64,000 nucleotides of DNA. Origin: the human T2T-CHM13v2.0 reference genome, Homo sapiens. Both the position numbers and the translations under genes were made by a program. This document shows, piece by piece, positions 25,301-47,506 of the stretch; position 1 is the stretch's first letter, and each line of letters begins with the position of its first letter. The notes under the pieces are model-generated. The model made no database searches, was not told the DNA's origin, and worked only from the letters and a program-made list of their open reading frames with translations. The stretch is from the NCBI RefSeq assembly GCF_009914755.1, contig NC_060947.1, one strand, 5' to 3'.

Positions 25301-28194
25301 TTCAGTCAAAAGAAATAGTAGGCATGCAGATCATCCAAGTGAAAAATTCCCACCTTCAAGACAGTAGAACACTCCTCTGAAAAGGGAAACCACAATCGGT
25401 TATTAATCAATACTTTCAAGTCTGTGCTACAATCCAGGGAGTTCTTTATCACTCCAGTAACAACAAAAAAGTCACTGACCAGAACCGAGAGAGAACTTCA
25501 CTCATTAGTAACATCGACAGACACTTTAGATATGCAATTTTGGAGCTGGTCTTAAATCCATTATATTAAGAGCCACACTACACTCTTAAAAAGTCACTTC
25601 TACAATCCATTCTCTTAGGATCATTGACCTATTCACTATGGAAAAAAACAATGTACCCTGCACCCAAAGTACACAGGACATTATGGAGAATACAAAAAGA
25701 TCAGAGTTTGTTTATAATCTAGCACAGGGAATAAGATTTATACATTCCCCAAGAGTGCTTCTAAGGACTAAAGAGGACTGCTGGGAATTTTTCCCCAACA
25801 TTTTATTATGAAAAACTTCAAACACATGGCAAAGTTGAGATAATTTTACAGTGAACATCTGAATACCCGTGACTGAGATTCTACTATTTTTACTATACCT
25901 GATTTATCACATATCCATCTATTCAATCCATCTTTTTTATTAACTGCTGGGATTTTAAAAATGAGACTGTGTAGTGAAGTATGACAAAAATATACTAAGG
26001 GCTGCTTCTCTAAAGATTTTGACTGATGGGGTATATAAACAAAAAAAACTTTGGAAACCACAAACCCATACTCAAGTGTTCAACTCTCCTGCCAACCTCC
26101 AATCAAAATCTATTCAGAGCTCATAACTGGCTATTCGGGTCTCCACACCCTTGTCCGCTATCTGAACTATCTACAGCCCTCTTCATGGCTTAGCACCATC
26201 GGTGAAGCCTTCCCCAACTTTCACTCCCTTACTCAAAATTAACCATGCCCCCTATAGGGGCCACATTTTTCATCACTTGCAATTAGCCCACAGTATCTGC
26301 AATTTATTATCTCTTTCACTAAACCTTGTCCTCCTTGAGGACGGGATCCCCTTATTTACCTCTCAGTCCTCAGCAAGCAGCTAGTACTTAGCCTACAGCA
26401 AGCACTCAAATAAAAAAGTAAGTGAATGACCTGAACACGTCTTTACCCAGGAGCCAAGGAAGAGTTTAGCTGAGTGGGGAAATGATCTAATCACAGTGGC
26501 ACTTTAGAAAGATTCATTTTAGAGCAGCACTGTTGTTTAGAGTATGAGCTTTGGAGGAAGACCACATAGGCACAAATCTCAGCCCTGCCACTTATCTCTG
26601 GGTGACTTTGGGCAAGTTTCTAAGCCCGTGCCTCAGTTTCCTCATTTGGAAAACAGGGATAATACTGCTTTCATAGGTTATTGCGAGGATGATGAGGTAA
26701 TTTTTTTTAAAAGAAGTGCACAGATCGACACCTAAAACATAGTAAATATTCCATCAATGTGGTCACTATTGCCAGCAACCAGGTTAATAACAACGAGGTT
26801 AAAAAGTCCTTAAAAGCCTGGGTGGTAGCAGTGAAAACAAAGTGGAAAGAATGGCCATGAATAAAGAATCTACCTTAAAATGTTCAGTCAGAAGAGCAAG
26901 CAAATGTGTGCCTTTTTTTTTTTTTTAACCTTGTATGAGATAGCTCACGTTTGGATTAGTTTAAATTAAAACAACTATAATCTAGGCACTCTAGGCACAG
27001 ATTTGATGCTGAGAACGAGTCTAGCATGACTGGACTCTAGCCACAAGCTCTATAACCACTGCAAGCTTCTCTGTTTAGGTCTTTTAGTCTCTGAGCTAAA
27101 ATTTCTTTCCTCCTCATTACTCCAGCCGACACCACTTCTTAAGTGATTCCCACAATCCCCTGTTCTGTCTAACTGTAAGGACAACCCCCAAGAACCTTGG
27201 TTGGGGAAATAGGTTTGCGGTTTCTTTCTACCCAACCCTGTACTACTTTTCTTTTTCTTCTTCCTGCCCACCTCCTTTACTTCCCAAGCCTTGCTATTCT
27301 CTACACGTAGGAACTTGAAACCTAAGAGTATGGGAAAGCAACAGAGCAGCAGCAGTGGTGCCAAGAACTGGGGATGCTGCCAAGCTGTTCCCCAGGCCCC
27401 ATATGCAGTGACCCAACTACATGCAGATTGGACTTAACTGCCTATGGGGCCTTGCACACTTAATATTCCTTTTTGCTTCTGCTCATTTTCTTCCTCCCAC
27501 TTAAAGCAGCCTCCTCCCAAGCTTGTGACTCATTCAAATCCAATCCACCTTTGAAGACCCAGGTGAGATCCGACTTCTTCAGGGAAGCCTCCCCTGACCA
27601 CTTTAGTCCAAAGATATCCCACCACTCCCACATACAGAAAACAGGAACTGTACTTACTGTCTGGACCATAAGGCATAATCACATACACATTGCTATAATT
27701 AAATGTTTCATGTGTATACATTTAACTTTCCAAGGGCATGAGCAGTGTCTCACATGTCTTTAAAACCCTTACACTCAGTGAGTTAATACTTGCTGAACAG
27801 TGACTGAATCAGTGGGTTTTTATGTGTTTAGGCTAAGGCAGGAGGAAGAAGATGCATGTTGAAATGAAAAAGGCTGAATGGACACAGATGGGTAAAAAAG
27901 CAGCAGTGGGTGAAGACGGAAAAACAATGTAGAAGAAAGGTGTTCAGTTCACACCTGCTTAAGTGATTTACTGCGAGGTTGGAAAGAGATACAGGAGAGA
28001 GATGTCAACTGGCAAAAGCAGGGTAAAGGCATTTCAGTTTGAGGCAGAAGACACCAGGAGAAAGATGAGGCTACAAAAGAAATTCTGACTAGATTCTGCT
28101 GAAACCTAGTGGTAGGCCAATTGGATAAGGGAAGCTAAAGGGAGCTACTGGGATGACATGAGTAGAGATATGGCCATGTAGGTGAGTGAATCCG

Positions 28195-28360
28195 TAGGGG
28201 GTGGTATGAAGGGGGAGGTAAATGGATAAAATGGTAGAGGGTAGTTAGGCAGGTAGGTTAGCTGTTGGGCGGGTAGGTGGGTGGGTAGATGGGAGGTAGG
28301 GTAGTGGGTAAGTGGGTAGGTGGTTAGGTATTTAGTTGGGAGGGAATAGGTGTGGGGCTT
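28195..28360 (+). repeat. G-rich (GGGT/GGTA)n low-complexity tract just inside FAM120C intron 1
   Basis: gggcgggtaggtgggtgggtagatgggaggtagggtagtgggtaagtgggtaggtgg; many GGG runs with short loops. Confidence 0.8.
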
Positions 28361-28369
28361 ATTATTTAA

Positions 28370-29550
28370 GATCCGGCCCCTCCCTCACCTTGACCCGGAA
28401 GCGGATGAGTGCTAGCCTCACGCAGTGGCTCAGGCAGGCCGGTGGCAGGAACCAGGCCCGCGGTGGAGGGGTGCCCTTGTTGCCCACGTGTCCCACGATC
28501 AGTTGCGCTGTCTGCCGCTCGGCCTGGCACCGACGGCCCCACTCGGCCAGCCGGTCCTTGCCCAGGCCCCCCGGGAACATGACCACGAGCTCCAGGCCGT
28601 CGCCGCCAGGATAGGCACAAGCCTGGCACAGCGCTGACAAGTAGCCCAGCATGGCGTTCCATTGGCCGCCACACACCCAATCCGTCTGGTAGCCGCCATA
28701 GAGCCGCGGCAGCGCCGAGCCGGCGTCCACCAGCACCCGGGCCCCGGGCAGCTGAGGGGGCGGCGGCGGCGGCAGCGGAGGGTGCAGCCCGGGCTGCGCT
28801 TGGCCATGATGGTGGAAGTGGTGAGCGGGGTGATGGTGCCGAGTCGGCCCCGCGCCCCCGGAGTAGGCACCCAAGGCAGCGGGCGGAAGCGGCGGTTGCA
28901 GAGGCACGGAGCCCCTGGCGGCGCGTGGAGCCCCGGGCGCTAGGGCTGCAGTCGGCGGCAGCTGGCGGTGCAAGTGCTGCTGCTGCTGCTGGCGCGAGAC
29001 CGTGCGCGCGAGTTTTAGGAGGTCCACGGGCACCACGGCCCCGGGACAGCGCTTCTCCAGGAACTCTTGGAAGCCCTGGACACCCATGCTTCGTCGGTGG
29101 GCAGACGCGATAGCGGCTGCGCAAGCAGGATAGGCGACGATCTGGGCGCGAAGCTGGGGGCGGGCGCGTGCGCACTCCGCGGGGGGCGAGGGGGGGCGGG
29201 AAAAGGATTCCCGAGGGGAGGGGTGAGGAAGCGAGGGAATGAGGGCGGGGAGGGGAGGAGACCACAAATTGGATTTGGGTAGAGAGAAGGGGAGGGGCAG
29301 ACCGGACCCGGGAGAGGCTGGGAGGATAAAAGCGAGGATGGGCTCTAGTCACTTCTCTTTTTTCTCCTTTCCGGCCGCTCTTCTTCCCGCTTTAGAAGGG
29401 GTGAAGCCTCTTTCTTCCACCTCCGGGAGCCATGTTGCCTCGTCTTCTCGGTGGTACACGCTTTCTAGCTGGAGGAAGGGGAGCGAGGAGGGGCGGGGCG
29501 GGGCGGGGAGAGGGGCATCTTGGTAGTTGTAGTCTTCTCTATGGCCTTAG
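28370..29550. promoter_or_regulatory. CpG island / promoter of FAM120C
   Basis: Very high GC and CpG density over exon 1 and upstream. NRF1-like GCGCGTGCGC at 29164-29173, tandem GC boxes GGGCGGGGCGGGGCGGGG at ~29491-29508, and a ZNF143/THAP11-type motif (minus ACTACAACTACCAAGATGC) at ~29514-29533. Confidence 0.9.
28389..29087 (-). CDS. FAM120C: FAM120C coding exon 1 (aa 1-233; N-terminal PIN-like/XPG-like region with Q/P/H-rich low-complexity insert)
   Basis: ATG at 29087 in strong Kozak context (AGCATGG). Translation MGVQGFQEFLEKRCPGAVVPVDL...VLVDAGSALPRLYGGYQTDWVCGGQWN...CVRLALIRFRVK is the FAM120A/C N-terminus. Ends AAG|GTGAGG donor at 28389/28388, 699 nt, phase 0. Confidence 0.97.
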
Positions 29551-29866
29551 GATATAGTCGAGGAACCAGACTACCACCCTTCTCAGCCCTTGTGCTCACA
29601 GGGTCACAGGAAGCGGGGCGTGATGATGAGTGTTTAGGAGTTGCACTCCAACTCCTTGCATCTCACTGAGTTGCTTAGGTTATTTACTGCTTTTTCCTGG
29701 AAAAAGAGTTTTGGGGGATGGATTGATGCATCATGGGAATGGAAGTTAGAGTGGATTGACTGAATTCAGCTAAAGTGAGCTAAAACTCCCCAGGAGGGAG
29801 GATTTTCCCCTTAGTGGAAAGATAATATTTAAAGAGCTGTTGGTCCCAATTAAGAAAGACGTAACT

Positions 29867-38224
<8,358 letters not shown>

Positions 38225-38728
38225 CTATTAGATAAAGGCCTACTCTAAATGTATCTGAATTATTATGCATGTAGTACATCTGAGAATCAGTGTGGCCTAG
38301 GGTTTTTCCCATGAGCTGTGCAGACAGACAGATCTGGGTTTGGATCCAGGCTTCACTACTGACTAGCTATGTGGCCCTAGTAAATTCTTTAATCTCTCTG
38401 ATCCTCAAATTTGCATTGTAAGTGGAAATAGTAACAGACCCATCTTATAGGATTTTGTGTGAATTAAAAATATCGCAGGTAAAAGCCTAGCTAACACAGT
38501 ATGTGTTCAGTAAATGAGAGCAACTGTTACAATTATGGCTCATGTACAAGCGTGAAAATGAAGTCCAACTCAATTTGTTGGAACTGTAAATCAAGAGGTA
38601 ACATGCAGCTTGGTTAGTTTTTTTAGGCCAGCATAGTTTACAGGACTAAATGTTCTAAATCTGCTAAATTACATTTGGTAAATGAAGAACCAGTTTTAGC
38701 CAGATGATTGCAGTGACTATGGCAGCAT

Positions 38729-38767
38729 TTTAATAAGATAACATACTCATTTAACACAGCCTTTATT
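38729..38767 (-). terminator. Distal WNK3 poly(A) signals (AATAAA 38762-38767, ATTAAA 38729-38734)
   Basis: tttatt and tttaat on plus at the edge of the repeat-poor region. Further proximal AATAAA at 39318-39323 and 40403-40408. Confidence 0.7.
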
Positions 38768-41700
38768 TTCTGTTTCAAAACAGAATTTCCAGGAAACAAA
38801 ACAAAATACTTACAATGGTTGGGTACAAATGAAATAAAAATCACAGTTTCAAAGAACCAAAATAAGACAGTTGCTGAAAGGCAGATCACTTGGTTTACCA
38901 AAAAAAAAAAAAGGTTAATGTCAAAAAGGATTAAAATTAACTTTAACAACATTCTATATAATGCTACATTCCCCAATTAAGAAAGGAGAGTTCACATATA
39001 CAACTAAATGTTAAGTGTGGAGAAGAGGGTGAAATTCTGCATACTTCATAGTAAATTATGCTGAAAGTTTATTAATTGCATAAACTTCCTGAGTGGCTCC
39101 CATGCTGCACTAGGTCTACATGCTTAATATATCAAACAAATTATAGCTTTAGGTGATTGAGCATGACAGACCTTGAACAACTGCACTTTCCAGTTAGTCA
39201 CTGTATCTGCTGAGGGTATGTTCTGGACCGCAAACCTCAATCTCAAATCTTAAGTTACAGTGGAAAAGAAATTCAACTTAAAAAAAAACTAGAGGATGAC
39301 AAGCACGCATTTAGGAGTTTATTTTATACTGGCACATTTTTTTCTCAGAACCCAGTTTCTCTCTTCCCTTCTTGCTTGACTTTTAACCTTGTTTGAATTT
39401 TTTTTAATAAAAAGAAAACCTTCCAGAATAGGAGCTATTGGTTTGTACACTCGTCTAGCTATCTTAGTTGAAAATAACTTTAGTGTAACCTAGTTACTAT
39501 CCCAGGCTCCTTCATATATTGGCTGTCAGGGTTCCTGACCAATGTTTGTGTTGATCTTTCACATACAAAGACTATTTCCAGGGTGACCTGAAGGCATTTG
39601 GTTCCATAAAAATTTCATACTAATTTCAATTCAAAGGATTTTATCAAGTTTGAGTGTTACTATCTTACGATCTGCATTTTTAAAATTTCAATCTTAGAAA
39701 TTACACCTATCAAATCAAAGGCCTTTTCTACACACCACCCCCCTTTTCTGATTCCTCTTCTAAACAAAGGGAGGGGGGGAACAAGTCCTTGATAAACTAC
39801 AGATTCAAAAAACAATCTTCTAGAAAATGGCCTGCATACCACCTCAGATAGTTCAAGTTTTTCTGACCCAAACAGAAGATAAAATAACTGAATCCCAAAA
39901 TGATGGCAAATATACCTCAGGAATGTACTTATGCATAATGACTGAAATACAGTATTTACCAATATTAAATATGCTGTAGTGTTACACAGTAAACATGTGA
40001 AACAAGGAACATCTGGTTACAAACATTTGCTGAGTTTTCAAGGAAAAAAAAGGAATGCATCATTTTCATCACTCAGAAAAGACAGCAAAGAAGAAAGTCA
40101 ATGCTTCCATAAACTTTAGAGATTGGATAAAGTTATATAAAACCCTTACTATCAACTACATTTCAACTAAATGCATTTGGCCGTTTTAAGGTAACAAAAT
40201 ACCACTGCAAATACCTAGCACTGTGCTAATATATGTTGAATGATAGGCCATTGCTGAAGGATTTGTCAAATATTTCGCTGTGGTAGTTAAAGCAATTTCA
40301 ACCCATTGCCCTTTAGGCACACAGACGAGAAATGCATCTCTAATAAAAAATGCAAAGTTATAGGCACTGGATTGTCTAATTCAGGTACTTTCTTACCATT
40401 TGTTTATTTTATAACTAACTCCTACACCTAAATCCTATATTGCCACCAATTTCAATTATTCTTCTGCTCTCCACCCCCAAATCCCCAAAGCATATTTCAC
40501 AGAAGCACATGGCTCTCCACTTAAACACAGATGAGAGTGATGATCCCTCTCATCTCAAACTGTTGGCTAGCACTGGGAAAAAAGAGGCAGACCAGATTTA
40601 TAATCTGAAAGAATACTGAGAATCAAGGCAAAAAAGCAAGTTTCACAGGTAGTGTTTACTTGTGCACCCAAAACAGCACTGAAAACGAGGTAGTTAAACA
40701 AAATTAATTGGACTAGAATTAAATCTGGGGTTCTAAAATGATATATCCCATCAAACTGTACATAACACTCCACACTCAATCCAAAAATCACAGCAGAAAA
40801 GTGCCTTTTAAACTTTCACAGATAATTTTGCTGTCAAACCATTGGAATTCATGCTTGATATAAAACTGGCAAGGAAGGGATGAAAAACAGAATGAATATT
40901 TGTTATATTACAGCAAATTACCTTAAATAGAGATTCAAGACTGCTACAAATATACATAGGGTTATTTTCATTAGATTTACACCAATACTGGTTTCATATT
41001 CTTATGATGTTACACCCAACTTCACAGACATAGCAGCAGGTACTTCATGATGAAATGCTCACATTACCACATATGGAGATACAGTACTATTCATCAGACT
41101 TGCACTTTGAGAAGTAAACATGGTGGCTGGACATACAGACTATCCTCTGAATAAACTTTACAAGCAGGATGGTTAAGTACAACCATTTTCTCCTCTACAA
41201 GAAGGAAAATGAAAAGGACAGGTTTGTGTGTTTTTTGGAAAGGAAGGCCCTTTTTATATAGTAGGCTCTTTGTTAAGAAGGGAATTTCTGAGCTTTACCT
41301 CAAGTTAATTATTTCTGGGGAGGAAAAGTACCTCAGACAAGGATGAAAATAGCACTATTATATGATTTAGCAAAATTATGAAATAATGCAAAAGCCCTGG
41401 ATAGAAAACTAGCCAGTATTTACAGTCAAAGTGACTATAATCTGAACCAAACATGTAAGTCATGGGAAAAAATAATTTTAATAAAACCCCACAGTGATGA
41501 GAATAACATTGTTTTCTCCATTTCTGCACAAGCTCACTTTTTTCTGTATTTTTAAATGTACACATGTTATATATACATAATGTATACATAACATATATGA
41601 TAACCCGGTTACTGCAGTCAGCATGGAGACAGCAGTACACTATTCACCATCTTCAAACTTTAGAAGACTACTTTTCTTTCCAGCAAAAACCTGAAAAGAT

Positions 41701-43369
41701 TGTAAATATTACAAGGCACTGCAAGAGTCTGCAGGCAAACAAGAATGATGAATTATATGTGGAATAGAGGTGGTGGCCAAAGGCAGAACATAGGATGTAG
41801 AGCAGTCATTAATACATGTAATTGTACATGTCAGCCATGGAGCTTTTTTCATCCTGGGGTACACTGTTTAAAATGATTGTGACTAGAGAAGAAGGGGTCC
41901 TAAAATCTGCAGTATTTTCACTTTATAGGTTGTATGGCTCGGTGTAATTACACAAAGCCAACTTTTTATAATGAAACACAGGCAGTTTTAAAGAATTAGG
42001 GATTTTAGGAGCATTGTTTTTATACATATGGAAAACAGTGCAATGCAAGCATTTGCATTACACTAATGTCCTAAAATCACTTTAAACTGCAAACCAATAC
42101 TGTACAAGAAATTTGAAGAATCTGTACTTAACATTTGGAAAGACTCATACAAAACAGATCATGTTCTATGAAAAGAAACAGTGGATCTTATCAACAGCAA
42201 TTCTCAAAATGCTGCCCTAGATGCCTCAAATTATAGCGACAGAATCTTCTTGATAATGGATGTGATCCTCAGGTAAGCAACATAAAACACATTTTTTTTT
42301 TTTTTTGGAAAAGAGGTACTTAATGTCACAAAGTAGACTGTGCAAAAAAAAAAAAAAGTACACCCATTAAGTTTTCGTCATTACCTGGCAAGCCCATGGG
42401 GTATAATTTTTAGAAGAATACGGAGGAAAATCTGTTAACAGTAATGTTGGGTAGCAATTTGGAATGTTTACTAGTAGACAGAACTCCTAATTAGGTAAAT
42501 GTGTATTAGAAATGACCTTAAAGTCTTCAGAGTGGAAGGTAAGTAATTTGAACATGAATACTTAGTTGGTAAATAACATTTTAAGAATTCTATTTAGGTT
42601 TCACAGACTGAGCATTAGGTAACCCTGTGACTAGCCTTTAACATTATTATAGTTAACCTTCTTAAAAACCAAAGGTGTACATTTTGACATTGCCTCCCCT
42701 CCTCCTAAAACTGGATAAAACCCAGTAAAGTGCAACTTGACAGTGATCTCTCTCAGATTCTAAAGAGGCTGCCAAACTCATTTAAGATCTAAAATCATCT
42801 AAGATACTATAGATACTAAAAAGAAATTCTAACAACTAAAAATTGTAATTAAAAAGAGCTAAGGACAACTTAAATAGTATCCTTCTAGGGTCTACTATCT
42901 CACTGCAGGACAGTGTATACCCCACATCTCTGAGAACCCTGTAAAGCCAGTGTTTCATATGTAAGTCTCGAAACCTACTGTGTCAAGTAAATTTCACTTC
43001 AGAAGAATGGATTGAGGTGTAGCTTTAATCCCCCTTGTTAGGAATACAAGGATTCCCCCCAAACGAGATTCATATCAGCTGCAATATATGCCTTGCAAAA
43101 GAATGCAAGACAAACCAATGCCTCTCAGATGCTCAAAACCAATGTAGTATGCATGTGAGAAACAAGGAGACAGCTGCTTTGAATTATTACTGAAATCGTA
43201 AAACAGCAGCAGTATCTGCAGAATCAAGGAACTGTTACAATTCTGTTTTTTCCCTTTCCCTCTGTCTCACCCAAAACAAGGCTTCATCCTACTGCTGTGA
43301 TGACGGGAAATCACATTTAAAAAGGGCTCATGTTCTGTATTGGTTGACAAAATTATTGTAATTTTTTGG

Positions 43370-43669
<300 letters not shown>

Positions 43670-44207
43670 TTACCCTGCCTTCTGTGAAAGGTAAACCTAA
43701 GACAAACATGTGAAGTGAAGATCCCATAAGACTCTGGCTGATGGAGGGTCTCAGTTCATCCACATTTGGGGAGAATCAATCTAAATAATTTTTAAACATT
43801 TTTAAAGAAGAGTATCCAGCTGCAGATAGCAGCAGTTAAAAAAAAAAAAAAAAAGGCGGGGGATGGGGAGCTTCTCAACAATTCATGGAAAGTGTCCTGG
43901 AAATGGTAATGCTCAAGCTGAGCTTATTAAAGCATTCTGAACAGTATTTTTAAAAAATCAAGTATCAAAGAGGATAGAATTTGAAGTGAAAAAACATTTC
44001 TGTGTGCAGTGTTCTATCTGCAAACTGCACATTTCTACAGAATGATGAGCTGTATCAAATACCACACTGGAACAAAAAATATATAGTCTAAAGTAAACTC
44101 AAATGAGGGAAAATATGACAGAACCCAAGAGGAAGAAACTTTAATATCTTGGGTGTCCTGAAAATAATTCTGAAAAAACCTCCCTTTTTATCACCATCTA
44201 CTCTGAT

Positions 44208-44537
44208 TCATTTAGGACCAGGAGGGATTGTGGCAGGATTCTGCACTGATGAAGTTGGAAATGCCTGCATATTCATCCCTGGCTGGAATGGTCCCCCAGA
44301 TTGGGCGGGAATTACTACAGATTGTTGTGTTGTTCCTGAAATTCCTACCCACTGTACTGGATACCCCGCCCCCGCCACAGCATTATACTGACAAACGTGA
44401 GGCATTCCATATGATGATAATGGCCCAGGAAATGAAGGGAGTGAGAGTCCTTGTGGCAAGGAAGTTGGGACAGCTCCACGGATTTGGGACAGAGAAGAAA
44501 TCCATGTTGATGTGTAGCCCATAGTAGACGGAGTATT
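44208..44537 (-). CDS. WNK3: WNK3 last coding exon ([12 protein letters not shown]...[10 protein letters not shown]-stop)
   Basis: Acceptor ttttgtttttcttAG|AAT at 44538/44537, phase 0. Contains ORF 44208..44522. Low-complexity S/P/G/Q tail ending PPGPK*, recognised as the WNK3 C-terminus. Confidence 0.92.
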
Positions 44538-45416
44538 CTAAGAAAAACAAAAATAAAAACAAAAGATCAGTTTATTTGGTATAGACTTTTATCAGTCTAT
44601 ATTCCTTCCTATTCTTTTTTTTTCTATTGCTGCTGCACAAATGAATATTCCTTCCTAGTCTTTTTGGCATACTATTCCTATTGTTACTATTAGGGACTAC
44701 CATTTTTGGAGCACCTTTCTGTGTGCTAACCATAATTATGTACCTTAATTAATGCCATCTTCATAACTGCCCTGCCTTACATTTTTATAGTTATTTCCAT
44801 GCATACATACATAGAAAGATATTTGACATGATGTTTATCTAAAGTTAATGAAAATTATTTCTGGGTGGTGGGATTTGAAGGTGATATTTTAAATTTTGTA
44901 CTTTTCTGCACTGATTAAATTATATAATGAACATTATTAGTTTATAGATAACCTGATTTTTAAAAAAAGACAAATTGGAGAGGTTATACATTTTCTCCTG
45001 GATATTTCAAAGGCATCTCAGAAACAAATGCCTAGAAATCAAATGTGTGATCTTCCCCTACCAAAGCACACTGTCTGCTCACATTCCGCATCTCGGTGAT
45101 TGGTACACTAGAATAGCATCCAGTTATGGGAGCCAGAAACCTAGCCTTAATACCTCCCCTTCACCATACATCCATTCCATCACCAAATCTTGTCCATTTA
45201 ATCTCTTAAGCATTTTTTGGAATCTGTTCACTTCTGTTCAACTCAACTTCTCCCATTTTCCAGACCAGTTAAGAGTTACCATGACTAACTCTTAACTGGT
45301 CTGCCAACATCTACCCTTACCTCCAATAAATAATCCTTTTCTCTTGCTTGAGTCAGAGTCATTTTTTCAAAAAACAAGTCTGATCATGTCAACCCTAGGG
45401 CTTAAATGGCTATTTA

Positions 45417-45715
<299 letters not shown>

Positions 45716-47506
45716 TCAAAAAAAATAAAAACAAACAAACTAACAAAAAATACAGATGAAGTTCCTTATCATTACCACTTTTAAGACTCCATCTACCTTA
45801 GATCCATTGTGCACTAACTCCTCTTTGCTCTCTTCACTTCAGCCAAACTGGCCTACTTTCAATCCCTTCACGCTCCTTTCCTCATACAGGGCTTTTGCGT
45901 ATGCGATCCTTTCCGCATGGAATCATTTCCTCTTTTCACCTAGTTAACACCTACTCATCCTTCAGATCTCTGCTTAATCATCACTTTCTCAGTGAAGCTT
46001 TCCTTGACTTTCCTTTACTAGGTCAAATTTCCCGTATTATAGCCTATATCTTTCTTTTGTAGTTCTTATTACGGTTGCAATTTTATATTCGTATATGCAA
46101 TTCTGTTATGTCTAACTAGCTGTCTTAGCAGAGCATAAATTCCATGAGGATAGGGATCATACTTGTTTTTACTCACCAAACCCATGTCTAACAGAGGGCT
46201 TGGTACATAACTGTTAAGCAAACAAGTATTTCTGAGTAAGGATACAGAGCAATACAATGTAAGAGCATTAGTGAGATGGGCTTGCCACACAAAAGATATA
46301 ACCAACTGAACCTACAAATACAAAAATAGTTACTAGATATAGGGTACCTACTATGTAACACCTATAAAGGTACAGCTTTATAGGTGTTATCTCATTTAAT
46401 CCTCACAGCAATCCTGTAAGGCAGGTATTCTGTTTGAAAGACATGAAAACTGAGGCACAGATAGATCAAATGACTTTTCTAAAGTCACACAACTAGTAAG
46501 TGACTGAGCTGACATTGGAACCCAAGTCTGTTAAATGACGTTCACTACTTTTATTCACACACCATTTTCTACTCACCCTTCCTCCAAACATCCTCCATTA
46601 TACTCCAGTAAACAGCCCTCCAACTAGTCAACAAAAGCCTCCATTCACACAGTACTCAGAGGTTCTCTCACTGGCAGTACAAATGCATTTATGTCTTGAA
46701 ATTTGCCTCTAAAGGCTTCCAATTTTTACAATGGTGATGCTATCTGTGTATAAATTGGTGCCACAAGTAAGATAAATACACAGAGCTCCCAAGGAGATAT
46801 ACTGCTCACTAGCTTGGGAAATCGAGGATTTTGAAAATTTTTATTCAATATTAACAATAAATGCATTATTTCTTTAACAAACTATATGACTATACATGTA
46901 CACATATGACAATACATGTACACAAATGTAACACACAGAGATAAATCTCTTTCAATTAAGAGGGTTAAAATTATAAGCCCTGATTCCATTTTAATAGGTT
47001 TACTCATTTTGAAAAAAAAGTCACTTACTTTAAAAATACAAAAACACAGAAATGTACAAAGTAGAATAAGGCCCAAATTCCACCATCCAGCATATTTTTC
47101 ATGGCTTTTCATATTTCTCTATGCATATCTAATGTATATAATTTTGCATAAATTATATTATACTATGTGTGCTGTTCTGTAAGCCTGACTTCTTCCTACT
47201 CCAGAATGCATTGTGGGCATCTTTCTTCACTTCATTGCATGTACACCTGACTAAGGCCACATGCAATAACTAGGCATCTTTTCTTTAAAACACCTCTTAT
47301 AATATTCCAGTTTAAATAACTTTAAAGTTCTTTTTCATAATGAACAAATAACTTATCAGATCTAAGAATATTGACGTGAAACACAGGAAAACTTTTCCTT
47401 AAAACCCAAACTCTTCTTGAAACACTGGACTGAATTAACCTTCATTCCAGACGCTTTCTTCTTTGATACTTGCTGGATTTTTTTAAAAAAATAGAACAGT
47501 CTAAAA

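Noticed and set aside
28366-29352. 328-codon alternative-frame ORF overlapping FAM120C exon 1, plus antisense ORFs in the CpG island
   Set aside because: GTG start and stop-poor only because of extreme GC content. If spliced to exon 2 it ends after GLSEP*. No recognisable homology.
29620-29669. GTGATGA...CTGA with an internal 8-bp hairpin (AGGAGTTG/CAACTCCT), resembling a C/D snoRNA
   Set aside because: Only ~50 nt between boxes, no terminal stem and not intronic on that strand; probably chance.
42292-42306. A15 run on the mRNA strand in the WNK3 3'UTR as a possible alternative 3' end
   Set aside because: Genomically templated; an oligo-dT internal-priming artefact risk, not evidence of a poly(A) site.
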